DNA of 44,707 bases from a virus (Duplodnaviria > Caudoviricetes): the IMG/VR virus record IMGVR_UViG_3300046719_000020, positions 1 to 44,707 of that record; one strand, written 5' to 3'. This document shows, one piece after another, positions 6,718 through 16,919 of this stretch. Under the pieces are notes generated by a model. It did not search any database, was not told the DNA's origin, and saw only the letters and a program-made list of their open reading frames with translations. Within the stretch, counting starts at the first letter, position 1, and each line of letters begins with the position of its first letter. The position numbers and the translations under genes were made by a program.

Positions 6718-8514
6718 TTATGTCATCGCTGGCACATTTTGATACGCATTTCTGATTGGATAAGCGGCTACCCACCCATAACCATCCATGTCGTAATCTT
6801 GCATATAGTGGGCTTTTGTGTAACTAGTGACAGCTCCATACATTGAACCAGTAAGTCCAGCAGGATGGTAATCCTTTGTTCCCCAATTAGCAAATCCTGC
6901 GGCGGCCCCATCTGTTCCGTAAGTATTATTGGCCACAACCCAGGTGCTATCTTGAATATTGTTGAACTTCGTGGTAAGCGCAGAACCATCGCCGATGATC
7001 ATATTATTTATTATTTTCAGGTCCATGATCGTTGTAATCCCAGACGATGCTGCGTTCCAAAGTTCAAAAATTTTGTTCTCGTTTGCAATGATCGTATTGT
7101 TTATGAAGTTTACCGGCAGGTTTGTGAACCCTCCTAGGGTGTTCTGATCGACTCGTACAAAGATGTTGGTGTGTCCGTTACTGTCTGACGTCGGGCAATT
7201 AAGCTCATTGGAGAACACGTGCAAATCAAATCCAGCGTGCCCCGTGGCTATCGTGAGCATGTTCTTTCCCGAAACCCCCTTGTTCATGAAGAACGCTAAA
7301 TTACGGTTGCCTGAGCTGAATTGGAAGATGTTTTTGTGCGATGGATCATTACGTGTTGCAACATTGGTACACACCACGCCGGCGGCTTCTGAGTCTATTG
7401 TAGCTGCACCTATCTGGAAGCCATCTCCACCAGTGTCATTAATAGATATACCGGCTATACGGAGGCGCATGATAGGCACGCTAATGTATGTAGGGTGCGG
7501 CGCATCGTCCACAGGACCAAGATAGCAACCCTCATCATCCCCGCTGGTAATTTTGCAATGCATAATATGGCAGTCCTCAAAAGCGCCCTGTCCGTCAGCC
7601 ATCCATGTGTTGTAATTCAGGTTCACATTGAATGGCGTATCGATCTTAAAATGTGAAGATGAATCTGATGATGTGCCACTAAGACCAATGCACTCTATGC
7701 CAAGTATCCACAGATTTTTGCTGACAGTGGACGCCACTGTGCCAGAATCACCAGCTTCTATGAAGCAGGATTGCGCATGTCCTCCGGTGCCAGAGAATTC
7801 AATTTTGAACCCGTAAGGTATGCTAGAGTTAAAGCAAGCATCAAACCATCCGTTCCGGCAATTTCGATTAAATCGAATGCCATATGATCCCTGGGCAGTT
7901 ATTCCTGCCTGTGAAGACGTTGATACAACTTTCATTCTCCACGGGTTTTGTGGATCTGTACTGGTTAATCCCTCTATACCCAAATATCCGGTGGAAGGAC
8001 CTAGATTTTTTATAATGAATTTTTTACCCGTATTGTCACCAGAAAACAATTTATACCCTATCCCACCCGTGCCAACAGTTGACATATCATAGGTTGTAAC
8101 TCCGGCATCCCCTTCATTGAAATCATCTTCGAATGAACAAACAATTCCCTTGTGTAGTGGGTGGTTTTTTGAGAAAATGAGCGCTCCTTTTTGAACAACA
8201 ATCTTAATATCGTAAGCTCCCAGCGCGGTGAACGTATGGCTTACGGTAACCGGGTTTCCTGCTACATAGGTTCCAGTAACGGTCTTTACAATGTTTGGCG
8301 ATCCTGCTACGGCGGACTCATGCTCAACAATATAGCAGGCATAGAAATAATTCTGAGGAGCAGTGAATACGAAACTGTTCGATGTGCCCCGCCGCCATAC
8401 CTTTGGAAGATTAGTGATATTTATTCCTTCCCCAAGGCCGTTGGGTGAACTGTTAGCCGCCGCCGGCTTTCTCGATCTATTGGCTACCCTATGGTTGAAG
8501 TTAAAGGCTGGCAT
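6718..8514 (-). CDS. tailspike-like protein: Ig/PKD-like domain plus parallel beta-helix (putative depolymerase)
   Basis: SHTFTALGAYDI, DDEGCYLG, GGDGFQIG, NNTII/NNMII beta-helix motifs; follows tail fibre genes. Confidence 0.65.
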   Translation of the reverse strand: MPAFNFNHRVANRSRKPAAANSSPNGLGEGINITNLPKVWRRGTSNSFVFTAPQNYFYACYIVEHESAVAGSPNIVKTVTGTYVAGNPVTVSHTFTALGAYDIKIVVQKGALIFSKNHPLHKGIVCSFEDDFNEGDAGVTTYDMSTVGTGGIGYKLFSGDNTGKKFIIKNLGPSTGYLGIEGLTSTDPQNPWRMKVVSTSSQAGITAQGSYGIRFNRNCRNGWFDACFNSSIPYGFKIEFSGTGGHAQSCFIEAGDSGTVASTVSKNLWILGIECIGLSGTSSDSSSHFKIDTPFNVNLNYNTWMADGQGAFEDCHIMHCKITSGDDEGCYLGPVDDAPHPTYISVPIMRLRIAGISINDTGGDGFQIGAATIDSEAAGVVCTNVATRNDPSHKNIFQFSSGNRNLAFFMNKGVSGKNMLTIATGHAGFDLHVFSNELNCPTSDSNGHTNIFVRVDQNTLGGFTNLPVNFINNTIIANENKIFELWNAASSGITTIMDLKIINNMIIGDGSALTTKFNNIQDSTWVVANNTYGTDGAAAGFANWGTKDYHPAGLTGSMYGAVTSYTKAHYMQDYDMDGYGWVAAYPIRNAYQNVPAMT

Positions 8515-8517
8515 AAT

Positions 8518-10041
8518 CTATGATTCAAGCGTGTCTAAATCTGTTTCCCACTGAGCAATGTTTGATATGGCTGAATTTTTCCAAACTATAAACCTTTTAT
8601 ATCTGGCCGCGATTGGACTGGTGGCCACTCCGTTGTTAAGAAAATAACCAAGTACCCATTCACCGGTAGGAGGAGTCGCAAGCGTGTCAGAAGTAGGACC
8701 CTGAACAACCGATGAGTTTTTCAAAAAGCTAACCTGACCCGATGTATTTCTAACGACAGTCCATGTGCCAGCGCCTAATGCCGTTTGACCGGTGTATGTA
8801 AATGAAGTAGCTGATAAAACCGTCCATTGAATATTAGGATTTAATTGACGGATCACGCTGAACTTAGTGGTTGATGGAGTAAGTGCACCCGTCAATGCGC
8901 CAACAACCGTTGAAGCTGATTGAACCGAATCTAACTTAACTGAAAAAACATAATCATTATTCGCTCCGTTGACTGTGGTTTTTATAGGATCATAACCAAG
9001 CTTGAAAACACCGGTACTGGTTCCATCACTGGCTATATATGAATTGGCTGAGAAGGTATATCCTCCGTTTGCAGAAGGTGCGCAAATCAACATCAAATCC
9101 CATGCACAATTTATTGACAACGTGGATACACCTTTATAATAGGCATCACATCCATTTTGGAATATGGTTAAGTTTGTGGCCCCGATCAACCATGTCTCGA
9201 ATTTATTTTTGTCAGTGGTCGATAGTTCATCAAAGTGCATGCTGATCAACGCGCGCGGCCACTTACTATAAGCAGAGTTTTTAAACCACCTGGCGAACAT
9301 GGCTCCGAGATAATCATTGCCAGTTACATTGGGGTGGATAGCATCAGCTTCATAAAACCCACCAACTGCAAAAGCGCCAAGATTGGCAGCCATATAGCAG
9401 TTCGATGTAGAAAAACAACGCTGTTTGATTTGATTTCTGATGCCAGACAATCGGCCATCAACTTGAATGCTCGATGTCTGTCCTATCTGACCAAAGATAA
9501 TAGGCACGTCGCTTCCAAAATCTGATATTAAATTGGTAACCAACGTCCCTAAATATGTTCCAACCTGAGCTACTGTGTTTGATCCCGTGCCACTTTGACC
9601 CTGAACATCATTTATACCTACAATAACCAGTATCGCAGTTAATTTTGTCTTTCCGAGTTTGGTTAAGCAGTCATTCGCGGCGGTAACGGCTGCATTGTAA
9701 TTTGTTCCTGTCGTCTGCCAGTCATTGCCTATCAGCACACTAGTTGCCGGTGATATTGTAGATGATGAAGCCGCCCTGTTTATAATGCATGCAGCTCGTC
9801 CGGTAGCGGCAAAGTAATCAATGCAAAACTTAGCCCAGGGTGATTTTGAGTTAAAAGAAAATCCAGTTATGCCAGCGCCTGCGCCGAATTCCAATATTGT
9901 ATTTGTGTTTCTATCATACTCAAATGCCGTCCCAGAAACAGGCAATGTGCTGGCAGTATGGCCAACAAGTCCTGCCGGAATTGAATCACCAATGACTAAA
10001 ATCGGATCCTTCTCACCAAAAATATAAGGGTTAATGATCAT
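8518..10041 (-). CDS. SGNH/GDSL esterase with C-terminal lectin-like domain, tail-associated
   Basis: IGDS, GIND, DAIHPN blocks; beta-rich C-terminal part. Confidence 0.8.
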   Translation of the reverse strand: MIINPYIFGEKDPILVIGDSIPAGLVGHTASTLPVSGTAFEYDRNTNTILEFGAGAGITGFSFNSKSPWAKFCIDYFAATGRAACIINRAASSSTISPATSVLIGNDWQTTGTNYNAAVTAANDCLTKLGKTKLTAILVIVGINDVQGQSGTGSNTVAQVGTYLGTLVTNLISDFGSDVPIIFGQIGQTSSIQVDGRLSGIRNQIKQRCFSTSNCYMAANLGAFAVGGFYEADAIHPNVTGNDYLGAMFARWFKNSAYSKWPRALISMHFDELSTTDKNKFETWLIGATNLTIFQNGCDAYYKGVSTLSINCAWDLMLICAPSANGGYTFSANSYIASDGTSTGVFKLGYDPIKTTVNGANNDYVFSVKLDSVQSASTVVGALTGALTPSTTKFSVIRQLNPNIQWTVLSATSFTYTGQTALGAGTWTVVRNTSGQVSFLKNSSVVQGPTSDTLATPPTGEWVLGYFLNNGVATSPIAARYKRFIVWKNSAISNIAQWETDLDTLES

Positions 10042-11594
10042 ACGCCAAGCAATGTTAGTTTAAGACCAGCGGCTGTACCGTCTCCGACCTGGTCAATGTC
10101 GACCTCTATTTCGTCATCATCAGCCAGCGCGCTTACCGAAATAACCGCAGGCGTGGCCGCTGTTACGCTTGTCTTCTCTGTATTGTCGATGGTAAGTTTT
10201 GTGGATAAAATTGTCGTTCCGTTTTTATTCACGTCCACGGTAAAAATTCCACCGTAGGGTCCGTTGGTCGCCTGTGCTGTTCCGAGGCTTGCCCTCACTT
10301 CTGTGAGAGTCATGGCGTAAGGCATTCTGAATTTGATCTTGTTCGTGCCAGTGTTTAGGATGGAGCTTTCGTCGGAGCATGCAAGTTGAACGACCTTCGG
10401 AGACGCAACACCTATAACCCATTCAAGCGTAGTACCCTTTACCCAAAATGTAAGGACATAATCCTTTCCTGTTCCAGCCGGAAGGGTATAGGTTGTGAAT
10501 GTTACGTTTTGAGTCTTATGGGTGAATCCGGCAGGGAATGTAATCGTGATCGCCGAAGCGGTGCCTGTGGTTATTTTCAATGACCCCATTGCGCCATCCA
10601 GCACATTTCCGGAAGTAGCGAATGACAATGTTGTTGTGGCCGTTGCTGCTGCCCATGTTGCCATAGGAAACATCAATTTATTAAGCTCCCACGATACACT
10701 TGCGCCGTCGGTTAAAACTGTGGGGACGTTTATTAATTGTTCATAACGCAGCGCGTCACCCGATGCCGTTGCGGCGCCTAGACCAGTTATTTTGTTGGTG
10801 CCCATCGCAAGGGCTCCGGACATTAAATCTCCCGCCTTGTTCACTGGAACATAGGTCAGATTGGATTCAATACGAGCCCAGTTCGCCTGAGTATTGCCTG
10901 GCGTATCTACTTTTGCGAATATCCAATCTCCGGCCGTTACAACCTGTCCAGTAGGTAATGTTCCACCAACGGATATAACCCACGCGTCGGCTTTTAAAAT
11001 GGCTCCTGCCGTTCCCGATCCACCGGAAGAAGGATATGCATTTACGCTAGCATCAAAGTCCCCACGAATCTCAAATAGTCCAACTAGGGCCGCCTGAACA
11101 AATGCGGTGGTAGCTAATTGCGTTGTGTTTGTTCCAAAAGAGGCGGTAGGCGCAGCGGGTGTGCCTGTAAATGTTGGGCTTGCCAAATTTGCCTTTAGTG
11201 CGGCAATCGCGTCAGCGTATGCCGTGGTGGCCAATTTCGTGCTATTATCTCCAGGTGATTGTGTTGGTGCGGTTGGATTTCCGGTAAGTGCAGGGCTGGC
11301 CAACGGAGCCTTTTCTGTATCCAGTTCATTTAGGGCCGTTTGAACATTGGTTGCTGCGATATTACCAGCGGCCACATTGGCAATCTGTGCCGCAGTATAA
11401 TCATTTGTTACTGACACGACAGCACCAGCTCTTCCAAATACTGACGATACAGCACCACCGCCCCCGCCGCCAAGATCAGCAATATCTTGCGCAGTGCATT
11501 GTTTATTATCTCCATCCTGAACAATAGGCACCAACTCTGTTCCATCCAGCGGAAGGTCAGCGGTTGCCATTGCCGATATTTTCTCGTTTGCCAT
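10038..11594 (-). CDS. tail fibre protein
   Basis: N-terminal KISAM..GTELVPIVQDG, VSSVFGRAGAV, two LASP.(L/F)TG.P.APT..N.T.LATTA fibre repeats. Confidence 0.85.
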   Translation of the reverse strand: MANEKISAMATADLPLDGTELVPIVQDGDNKQCTAQDIADLGGGGGGAVSSVFGRAGAVVSVTNDYTAAQIANVAAGNIAATNVQTALNELDTEKAPLASPALTGNPTAPTQSPGDNSTKLATTAYADAIAALKANLASPTFTGTPAAPTASFGTNTTQLATTAFVQAALVGLFEIRGDFDASVNAYPSSGGSGTAGAILKADAWVISVGGTLPTGQVVTAGDWIFAKVDTPGNTQANWARIESNLTYVPVNKAGDLMSGALAMGTNKITGLGAATASGDALRYEQLINVPTVLTDGASVSWELNKLMFPMATWAAATATTTLSFATSGNVLDGAMGSLKITTGTASAITITFPAGFTHKTQNVTFTTYTLPAGTGKDYVLTFWVKGTTLEWVIGVASPKVVQLACSDESSILNTGTNKIKFRMPYAMTLTEVRASLGTAQATNGPYGGIFTVDVNKNGTTILSTKLTIDNTEKTSVTAATPAVISVSALADDDEIEVDIDQVGDGTAAGLKLTLLGV

Positions 11595-11945
11595 TTAAAT
11601 GAATTTTGATAAGCCGTAAAGCAAAATTATTTCTATACCATCCTCATTTAAGTAGCTGAGTTCATGGTAATATTTTCCTAAGTCGAAGTTCATATCCGAA
11701 GCCGGCGCGTTCCACGTAATCACATTCCCCGAGTAAGTAAGCGTATCGCTATAAATCGCAGAAGTCCATTCTCGAACTATCTTTCCTTGTCGACGGTCGA
11801 GGATTCTAAAAATCAAACCTGTCGAACCAGATAAACTAATTGCGTCACCTTCAAAGTCAACGATAGTGAACATGGCATCAACCACCGCCTTGTTTGCGTA
11901 GTGAACCAAGTTCTGTTCTTGCCCTATGAAAGTCGTGTTATTCAT
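11595..11945 (-). CDS. small beta-rich structural protein (fibre adaptor-like)
   Basis: Position before fibre; GKYYHEL motif. Confidence 0.5.
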   Translation of the reverse strand: MNNTTFIGQEQNLVHYANKAVVDAMFTIVDFEGDAISLSGSTGLIFRILDRRQGKIVREWTSAIYSDTLTYSGNVITWNAPASDMNFDLGKYYHELSYLNEDGIEIILLYGLSKFI

Positions 11946-12474
11946 TGGTGTTGATGGCTTTCATAATTCTGAACTGCGTGTCGTTGCAGCCGCCAATCGA
12001 AGTAACTGCGAATGAAAATTCCTGCTTGTTACAACTGCTGTATAGAGGGTATGCATTCGAATCGTTAGATTTGGCAGTACTCAAAAAATTCATCATGTCG
12101 AACTTGTAAAAATTCATCCGCTGCTGGATATTTTTTTCAAGTGCGTGCATGGAAATATCTTCGAGTATAGAGCTGTTATCATCGTTGAAACTTCTTATCC
12201 CTGTAGGGGTAGATGCTTGGTTAGCGAATATCAGGTGGTACAGATACGTTTGCCAGGCAAGATATTTTTTAACATAAGGATCGTATAGCGCCTGATTTGC
12301 TGCGGTGAATGAGCTCGGATTTGTGTTGTACTGCGAGAGCAATTCGTTATAGAAATCGATCCCCAGAATGTGACGTAGATTGTCCATAGCCATATCCAAA
12401 GGCACCTTGAGTTTCTTTTGCTCAATGTTCTCAGACAAACAGCAGGTTTCAGTGATGTAGGCTATAGAAATCAT
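11938..12474 (-). CDS. head-tail connector/adaptor candidate
   Basis: Directly after portal; start ATG 12474 overlaps portal stop; LG.DFYNEL..Y..Y pattern. Confidence 0.6.
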   Translation of the reverse strand: MISIAYITETCCLSENIEQKKLKVPLDMAMDNLRHILGIDFYNELLSQYNTNPSSFTAANQALYDPYVKKYLAWQTYLYHLIFANQASTPTGIRSFNDDNSSILEDISMHALEKNIQQRMNFYKFDMMNFLSTAKSNDSNAYPLYSSCNKQEFSFAVTSIGGCNDTQFRIMKAINTNE

Positions 12475-14063
12475 GGTACAAGTGCCTCCTCGGGCGTTAC
12501 AAGCCAAATATCTACGTTATCATCGGTGAAGCTGAAGCCATCCTTTAATAGCTGGGCGGCTTGTTCATAGGTCAATTCTCCCGTGTTGAACTTGCGAACG
12601 ATACGCTGCACCGCTTGCAATTGCCGGCCGGTCATGTTGCGCAGGCTTTCGTTAACTATCGGATCGGGGGCCGGATTACCGTTTTCGTCCAGCACTTGAG
12701 GGGCTTCCGGTATTTCATCCAACTCAATTGAAGAGAAATTTTTCTGGATGAACTTCCGTTTCTCGGTACTCGAAAGCGTTTGCCACACCAACGGATCTAT
12801 AACTACGGGAACAGTGATCGGATTGTAATTAACGATCTCTACTTTATCGTCTTTCTTCATCTTAAATCCGGGAACTTCCAGGTTAGGCAAAAGAACCTCA
12901 TTGTAGAATTGCTCAAGCCTGCGGCGATCCTCCACGGTATTTGATTGCATCATTTCAACCGCCTTTTGCATTTCGTTGCCATCTCCGCCCAGGCTAACAC
13001 CTTCCGAGATATTTGCCAGGATGCCGGGGACCTTGGTGGCGATCGTAATGTTTTTGGTCGTTAGGTCTTGTAGTGTTTCGAAAAGGTCAGCGTTTGTCGT
13101 AGATTGGAAGGGCTCAACCTTGGGGGTCTGATCCTGTTTCATGGCCCACTGAACCATCACGGTCCCGGCTTTTTTAGAGCCGGAGAACATTTTGGCCATC
13201 TGCTCATCATATTCCTGCCCTACAGTTTTAGTCGAACGCTTTTTCTTAACACCCGCACCATCGGTGTATTCTTGCTGAAATTCTGGGTTTTGTGACCATG
13301 CATTAGGATCACCTATCATAGTGATCAGCACGCTTTGAAAGAACCCATTATCCAGGTTTTCGGCGTGTGCCTCCTGGACTTTGGCGTCTACATACATCCA
13401 CTTACGCGCGCTCCAATAGTCCGGAACCGGATAGAATCGGAACAACGGGCGTACCTCGCCATAGAAATACACTTGGCCTAAAAACTTCGTGCCCTTGGAC
13501 TTTATCTGCTTGTCCAGCGTTTCGGTATTATAAAGGGGATAGGTAGTGGTGAAGTCAGATTTGTATTCTGTGGTGCCGAAATAGGGGTTGTACTTAATTT
13601 CGGTGATCTCTGTGGCCAAATCCTCCTCCGGTTTAACGAATCGCAAGTTCTCAATAGGCATTTGATAGGCGTTGGTAATTTTGCCGTTGCCGCCGTATTT
13701 GAAGTTCACAGCATAACCCCTGAACAGGGCAAGCGTGTCACAAAGAGCGCAGTGCAGGTCCCACAACGTCTGCCCGCGCTTGTTGATCTTGATTTTCATC
13801 AGATCTTTGTTCGAGAACGAATCCCCCTTGATGAATTTTGCGGTGGTGTTAATGCATGAGGTGGCCGCCGGGCTTGAGCCTACCGTTTCAGCCAGGACCA
13901 AGGGGAAGTTGTTGTGTTCACCCCAAATGATTGTGTTTTCGGCGAAATCCTCCTGTTTTCGTGTGGAGATTTCCCGGTCTAAGTCCTGAGGCTCAGGTTT
14001 TGACCGGCTATATGCGGTGGGAAAAGGCGATGTGTACTCTTTTTTTTTGGTAGGCTTTCTCAC
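12471..14063 (-). CDS. portal protein
   Basis: 530 aa; WGEHNNFP, SPAATSC, YPVPDY, NLDNGF, FSGSKKAG motifs like Bacteroidota phage portals. Confidence 0.8.
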   Translation of the reverse strand: MRKPTKKKEYTSPFPTAYSRSKPEPQDLDREISTRKQEDFAENTIIWGEHNNFPLVLAETVGSSPAATSCINTTAKFIKGDSFSNKDLMKIKINKRGQTLWDLHCALCDTLALFRGYAVNFKYGGNGKITNAYQMPIENLRFVKPEEDLATEITEIKYNPYFGTTEYKSDFTTTYPLYNTETLDKQIKSKGTKFLGQVYFYGEVRPLFRFYPVPDYWSARKWMYVDAKVQEAHAENLDNGFFQSVLITMIGDPNAWSQNPEFQQEYTDGAGVKKKRSTKTVGQEYDEQMAKMFSGSKKAGTVMVQWAMKQDQTPKVEPFQSTTNADLFETLQDLTTKNITIATKVPGILANISEGVSLGGDGNEMQKAVEMMQSNTVEDRRRLEQFYNEVLLPNLEVPGFKMKKDDKVEIVNYNPITVPVVIDPLVWQTLSSTEKRKFIQKNFSSIELDEIPEAPQVLDENGNPAPDPIVNESLRNMTGRQLQAVQRIVRKFNTGELTYEQAAQLLKDGFSFTDDNVDIWLVTPEEALVP

Positions 14064-14118
14064 ATCGATAAAGTTAGGCCATTGGCTGGCATAACTTTTA
14101 CGCTAGTGGCTAAAGTGG

Positions 14119-14307
14119 TCACCACTTTCCAGCATCACAGGAGTATGATTTTACCCTGGTAATCGTGGCGATCGGGCACCCGCACCGACCACATACAAGC
14201 CACTTCCTGAATTCACATGGTTTGCATATGGCCCGGCGCTCTTTACCTGCCTGTGATCCAGTGATCAGGAGCCACCATCCTGTAAAAATCTGGGATATTC
14301 TTCGCAT
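14119..14307 (-). CDS. small Cys-rich protein (DUF6171-like)
   Basis: RRAICKPCE..CGRCGC..T..SC..GKW. Confidence 0.7.
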   Translation of the reverse strand: MRRISQIFTGWWLLITGSQAGKERRAICKPCEFRKWLVCGRCGCPIATITRVKSYSCDAGKW

Positions 14308-14990
14308 TTGGCCAGCATTTTATTGAAATGGTCTATCTGTTCTTGCTCAGGAAGGCTATAGGTATGCCCCAGGTTCCACCGTTTATTGATGTCGGATAGC
14401 CTGGACTTGTAAAGTCGATGTCTTTCCAGGACTCGTTCTATGCCGCCTACGTATTTGTAGTGCAGTACGTCCATAGTTACCGGACTATAAACCACGTCGC
14501 CGGTCGGTCTGCACTCGTGGCACCCATAGATGTACCCGATTTCTTTGAGCCGGCGCGGGCTGAAGATGATTCGTTTGGAGTAGTTGTCGTCGAGGACGCA
14601 CGTTTTTACCTCTGAAAAACTGTGGATCGGTAGGTTTTTGGAGTAAAAGCTGTACCCTTGGGTGGGGAATATGCTGCCTTTTTCCTCTGAAAGGACGTGC
14701 TTTATTTCCGGGTGCCATAATATCTCGTCGGCATCGCACACGATAACCCAATCGGCCTTTGATTCCTTCCATGCATGGTTTTTAACGGTAAGGTAATCTG
14801 CGTCCGAAAGAATACCAGGTGTGCCGAACTTGCGTACTTCGCAGCCCATTCGCTGGGCTAAAAGCGCTGTATCGTCGGTACTGTGGTTGTCAAATACGAT
14901 TACTTTCGTACAAAACTGTTTGTAGTGCTCTATGGTTAGATCGAGCATTAAAGATTCATTGAATGCGATCAGGTAAAGCTCGCAGGTCAT
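14265..14990 (-). CDS. glycosyltransferase family 2
   Basis: AFNE, FDNHSTD, DWVIVCDADE (DxD) motifs. Confidence 0.9.
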   Translation of the reverse strand: MTCELYLIAFNESLMLDLTIEHYKQFCTKVIVFDNHSTDDTALLAQRMGCEVRKFGTPGILSDADYLTVKNHAWKESKADWVIVCDADEILWHPEIKHVLSEEKGSIFPTQGYSFYSKNLPIHSFSEVKTCVLDDNYSKRIIFSPRRLKEIGYIYGCHECRPTGDVVYSPVTMDVLHYKYVGGIERVLERHRLYKSRLSDINKRWNLGHTYSLPEQEQIDHFNKMLAKCEEYPRFLQDGGS

Positions 14991-15613
14991 TGCTTTTTAA
15001 TGTAAAGCGCATCGCCCCAGCCGGTATTGCCACACCATTTTGTTTCTACTCGCTTGAACCCGTAGCCGAGTAAATACAGGTCCAGATCTTCAACAAGTGG
15101 GCAGCCTTCGTAAAGGTGCTGTTTGTTTACTTCGAGGTAGGCCCAGTTGAATTGTTTTAGAACGTCTCCCATGCCTCTTAGCGCTTTCAATTCTGCGCCC
15201 TGTAGATCGATATTCAAGAAATCATAACCGGCCCAGCATGTACGGAATTGATCTATGCGCCGCATTTTTAAAACTATATCCTTGACATAGTTTACTTCCG
15301 GGTGCGCTATCTTATGAGTGCCAAGCTCCAAAATTGAACTACTTTGCCCGGCATTATTCGAGATGTGGAAATTTAATTCCAATCCCTCAACATCGCCAAT
15401 CAACGCCTGGGTAACTCTATGGTCATCGTATCTGTCCTGTGTGTTTATTCTTAACTGTGGTATAAGATCAGGATTCGCCTCGATCCACCATACACTCTTT
15501 ATTCCCAACTCATCATAAACCGGGGCCTCTTCGCCAACATTGGCTCCAATATGGAGTACACCTTGGGGCTTGATGTTGTATTTTGGGAATAGTTGTCGGA
15601 AGTCTATCAGCAT
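14987..15613 (-). CDS. FkbM-family methyltransferase
   Basis: HIGANVGEE, IEANP, SSSIL, IDLQGAELKALRG, LEV, WGDALY. Confidence 0.92.
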   Translation of the reverse strand: MLIDFRQLFPKYNIKPQGVLHIGANVGEEAPVYDELGIKSVWWIEANPDLIPQLRINTQDRYDDHRVTQALIGDVEGLELNFHISNNAGQSSSILELGTHKIAHPEVNYVKDIVLKMRRIDQFRTCWAGYDFLNIDLQGAELKALRGMGDVLKQFNWAYLEVNKQHLYEGCPLVEDLDLYLLGYGFKRVETKWCGNTGWGDALYIKKQ

Positions 15614-16152
15614 AGTTTCTGAAAGTAAAATGAAGCGTCTTCGTCTTTTCGTTCTGGAATTATCTTTATGAATGAACTTCCTCCTGGATACTGACTTATG
15701 ACAAACTCATCAGCCGCCTGCTTAACACCATAATCTGAATTTAGATAGTCGTGGCCTGAAACAAAGCCTCCCTTCTTAACCTTCGGGAACCATGCCTTTA
15801 AATCGTTCATAACACATTCGTAAGAATGGCAGGCATCGATGTATACCAGATCAAAGAAATCGTCAGGGCAGCGAGCGGCCATGCCTACAGAAGGCCCTCG
15901 TAGTATCTTCACCTCCGGTTTGTCTCCCATGTTTTTGAACACATTATTGTAATTATCGTTGTGCCATTTTTGTGGACTGCCAGCATCGCCGGGGAATTCA
16001 TTGTGCGATTCCCAAAGATCAACGAGGTACAGACGAGACACGCCCCATCGGTAAATGTCCATAGAGAACAGCCCCTCTGCAACTCCGACTTCCACCACCG
16101 CAGGGCGCGCTGGAAGAAGTTTATAAAGATCGGTGCGGGTTTTTATTTCCAT
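15607..16152 (-). CDS. class I SAM O-methyltransferase (Methyltransf_24-like)
   Basis: VEVGVAEG, VDLW, DLVYIDACHSYE, KKGGFVSGHDY. Confidence 0.9.
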   Translation of the reverse strand: MEIKTRTDLYKLLPARPAVVEVGVAEGLFSMDIYRWGVSRLYLVDLWESHNEFPGDAGSPQKWHNDNYNNVFKNMGDKPEVKILRGPSVGMAARCPDDFFDLVYIDACHSYECVMNDLKAWFPKVKKGGFVSGHDYLNSDYGVKQAADEFVISQYPGGSSFIKIIPERKDEDASFYFQKLC

Positions 16153-16919
16153 ACAAAAGTTGTTGGGTCGAAGTCTTCTTTCCTGTCTTGGAACCAGTAG
16201 CGCGAATTCTCCTCTGTTCCGTTCAATCGCGAGAACCCTGAAAATTTTGTAATACCGGTTCCGATGTCTGATTGATTATCCATCTGCTTCACGCATCCAG
16301 GCACGTAGGCAAAGCATTTCAACTGCGGCTGAAGCTTTATGAAAAGCCAATCGATGCCGATCGATTCGTGCAAATTCGCATCGAGTAACCCAAGAATCTT
16401 TTCGATGCTGTGGTAATTCACGATGTAAGCAAAGGTAGAGAAAGCGCCAAACGTCCTAACTACCCTCAAGTCGTTTGTGGGCTCGCAATCCCTACCTAAG
16501 TGAGCGCTGCAATCAGGCTTCATTTTAGATGGTCCATTCGGATGCCAGAAGGCCGGCGAATGCCAAGTTCCTCCTAGCCAAAAAATGTCCCATTCATTGA
16601 CACCTACAAACTCCCTGATATGATCCATTCGTTCTTGAAAGTCTGAACAAAAAACAAGGTCATCCTCCATTACAAAGGCCGATCGCTGCACCAATGCTGC
16701 ATGGCGCATTACATTGACCTGTGAGAAATGGCATCCTATTGCACCAGGCGTTCGGTTTCTCATAACTTCAACACCTGGGCGATATTCAAGCGGCGTACCC
16801 TGGGCCCTTATGCCACGGAAACGATCTGCATCGATACCAACCCGAGCCAATTCGCGCTCCATGTGATGTCGACGGTCTGTACGATGATCAAGGTTGATAT
16901 ATGCATTGTAAGTCAGCAT
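16143..16919 (-). CDS. glycosyltransferase family 25
   Basis: YINLDHRTDRR, GAIGCHFS, MEDD, AYIVN; start ATG 16919. Confidence 0.88.
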   Translation of the reverse strand: MLTYNAYINLDHRTDRRHHMERELARVGIDADRFRGIRAQGTPLEYRPGVEVMRNRTPGAIGCHFSQVNVMRHAALVQRSAFVMEDDLVFCSDFQERMDHIREFVGVNEWDIFWLGGTWHSPAFWHPNGPSKMKPDCSAHLGRDCEPTNDLRVVRTFGAFSTFAYIVNYHSIEKILGLLDANLHESIGIDWLFIKLQPQLKCFAYVPGCVKQMDNQSDIGTGITKFSGFSRLNGTEENSRYWFQDRKEDFDPTTFVWK

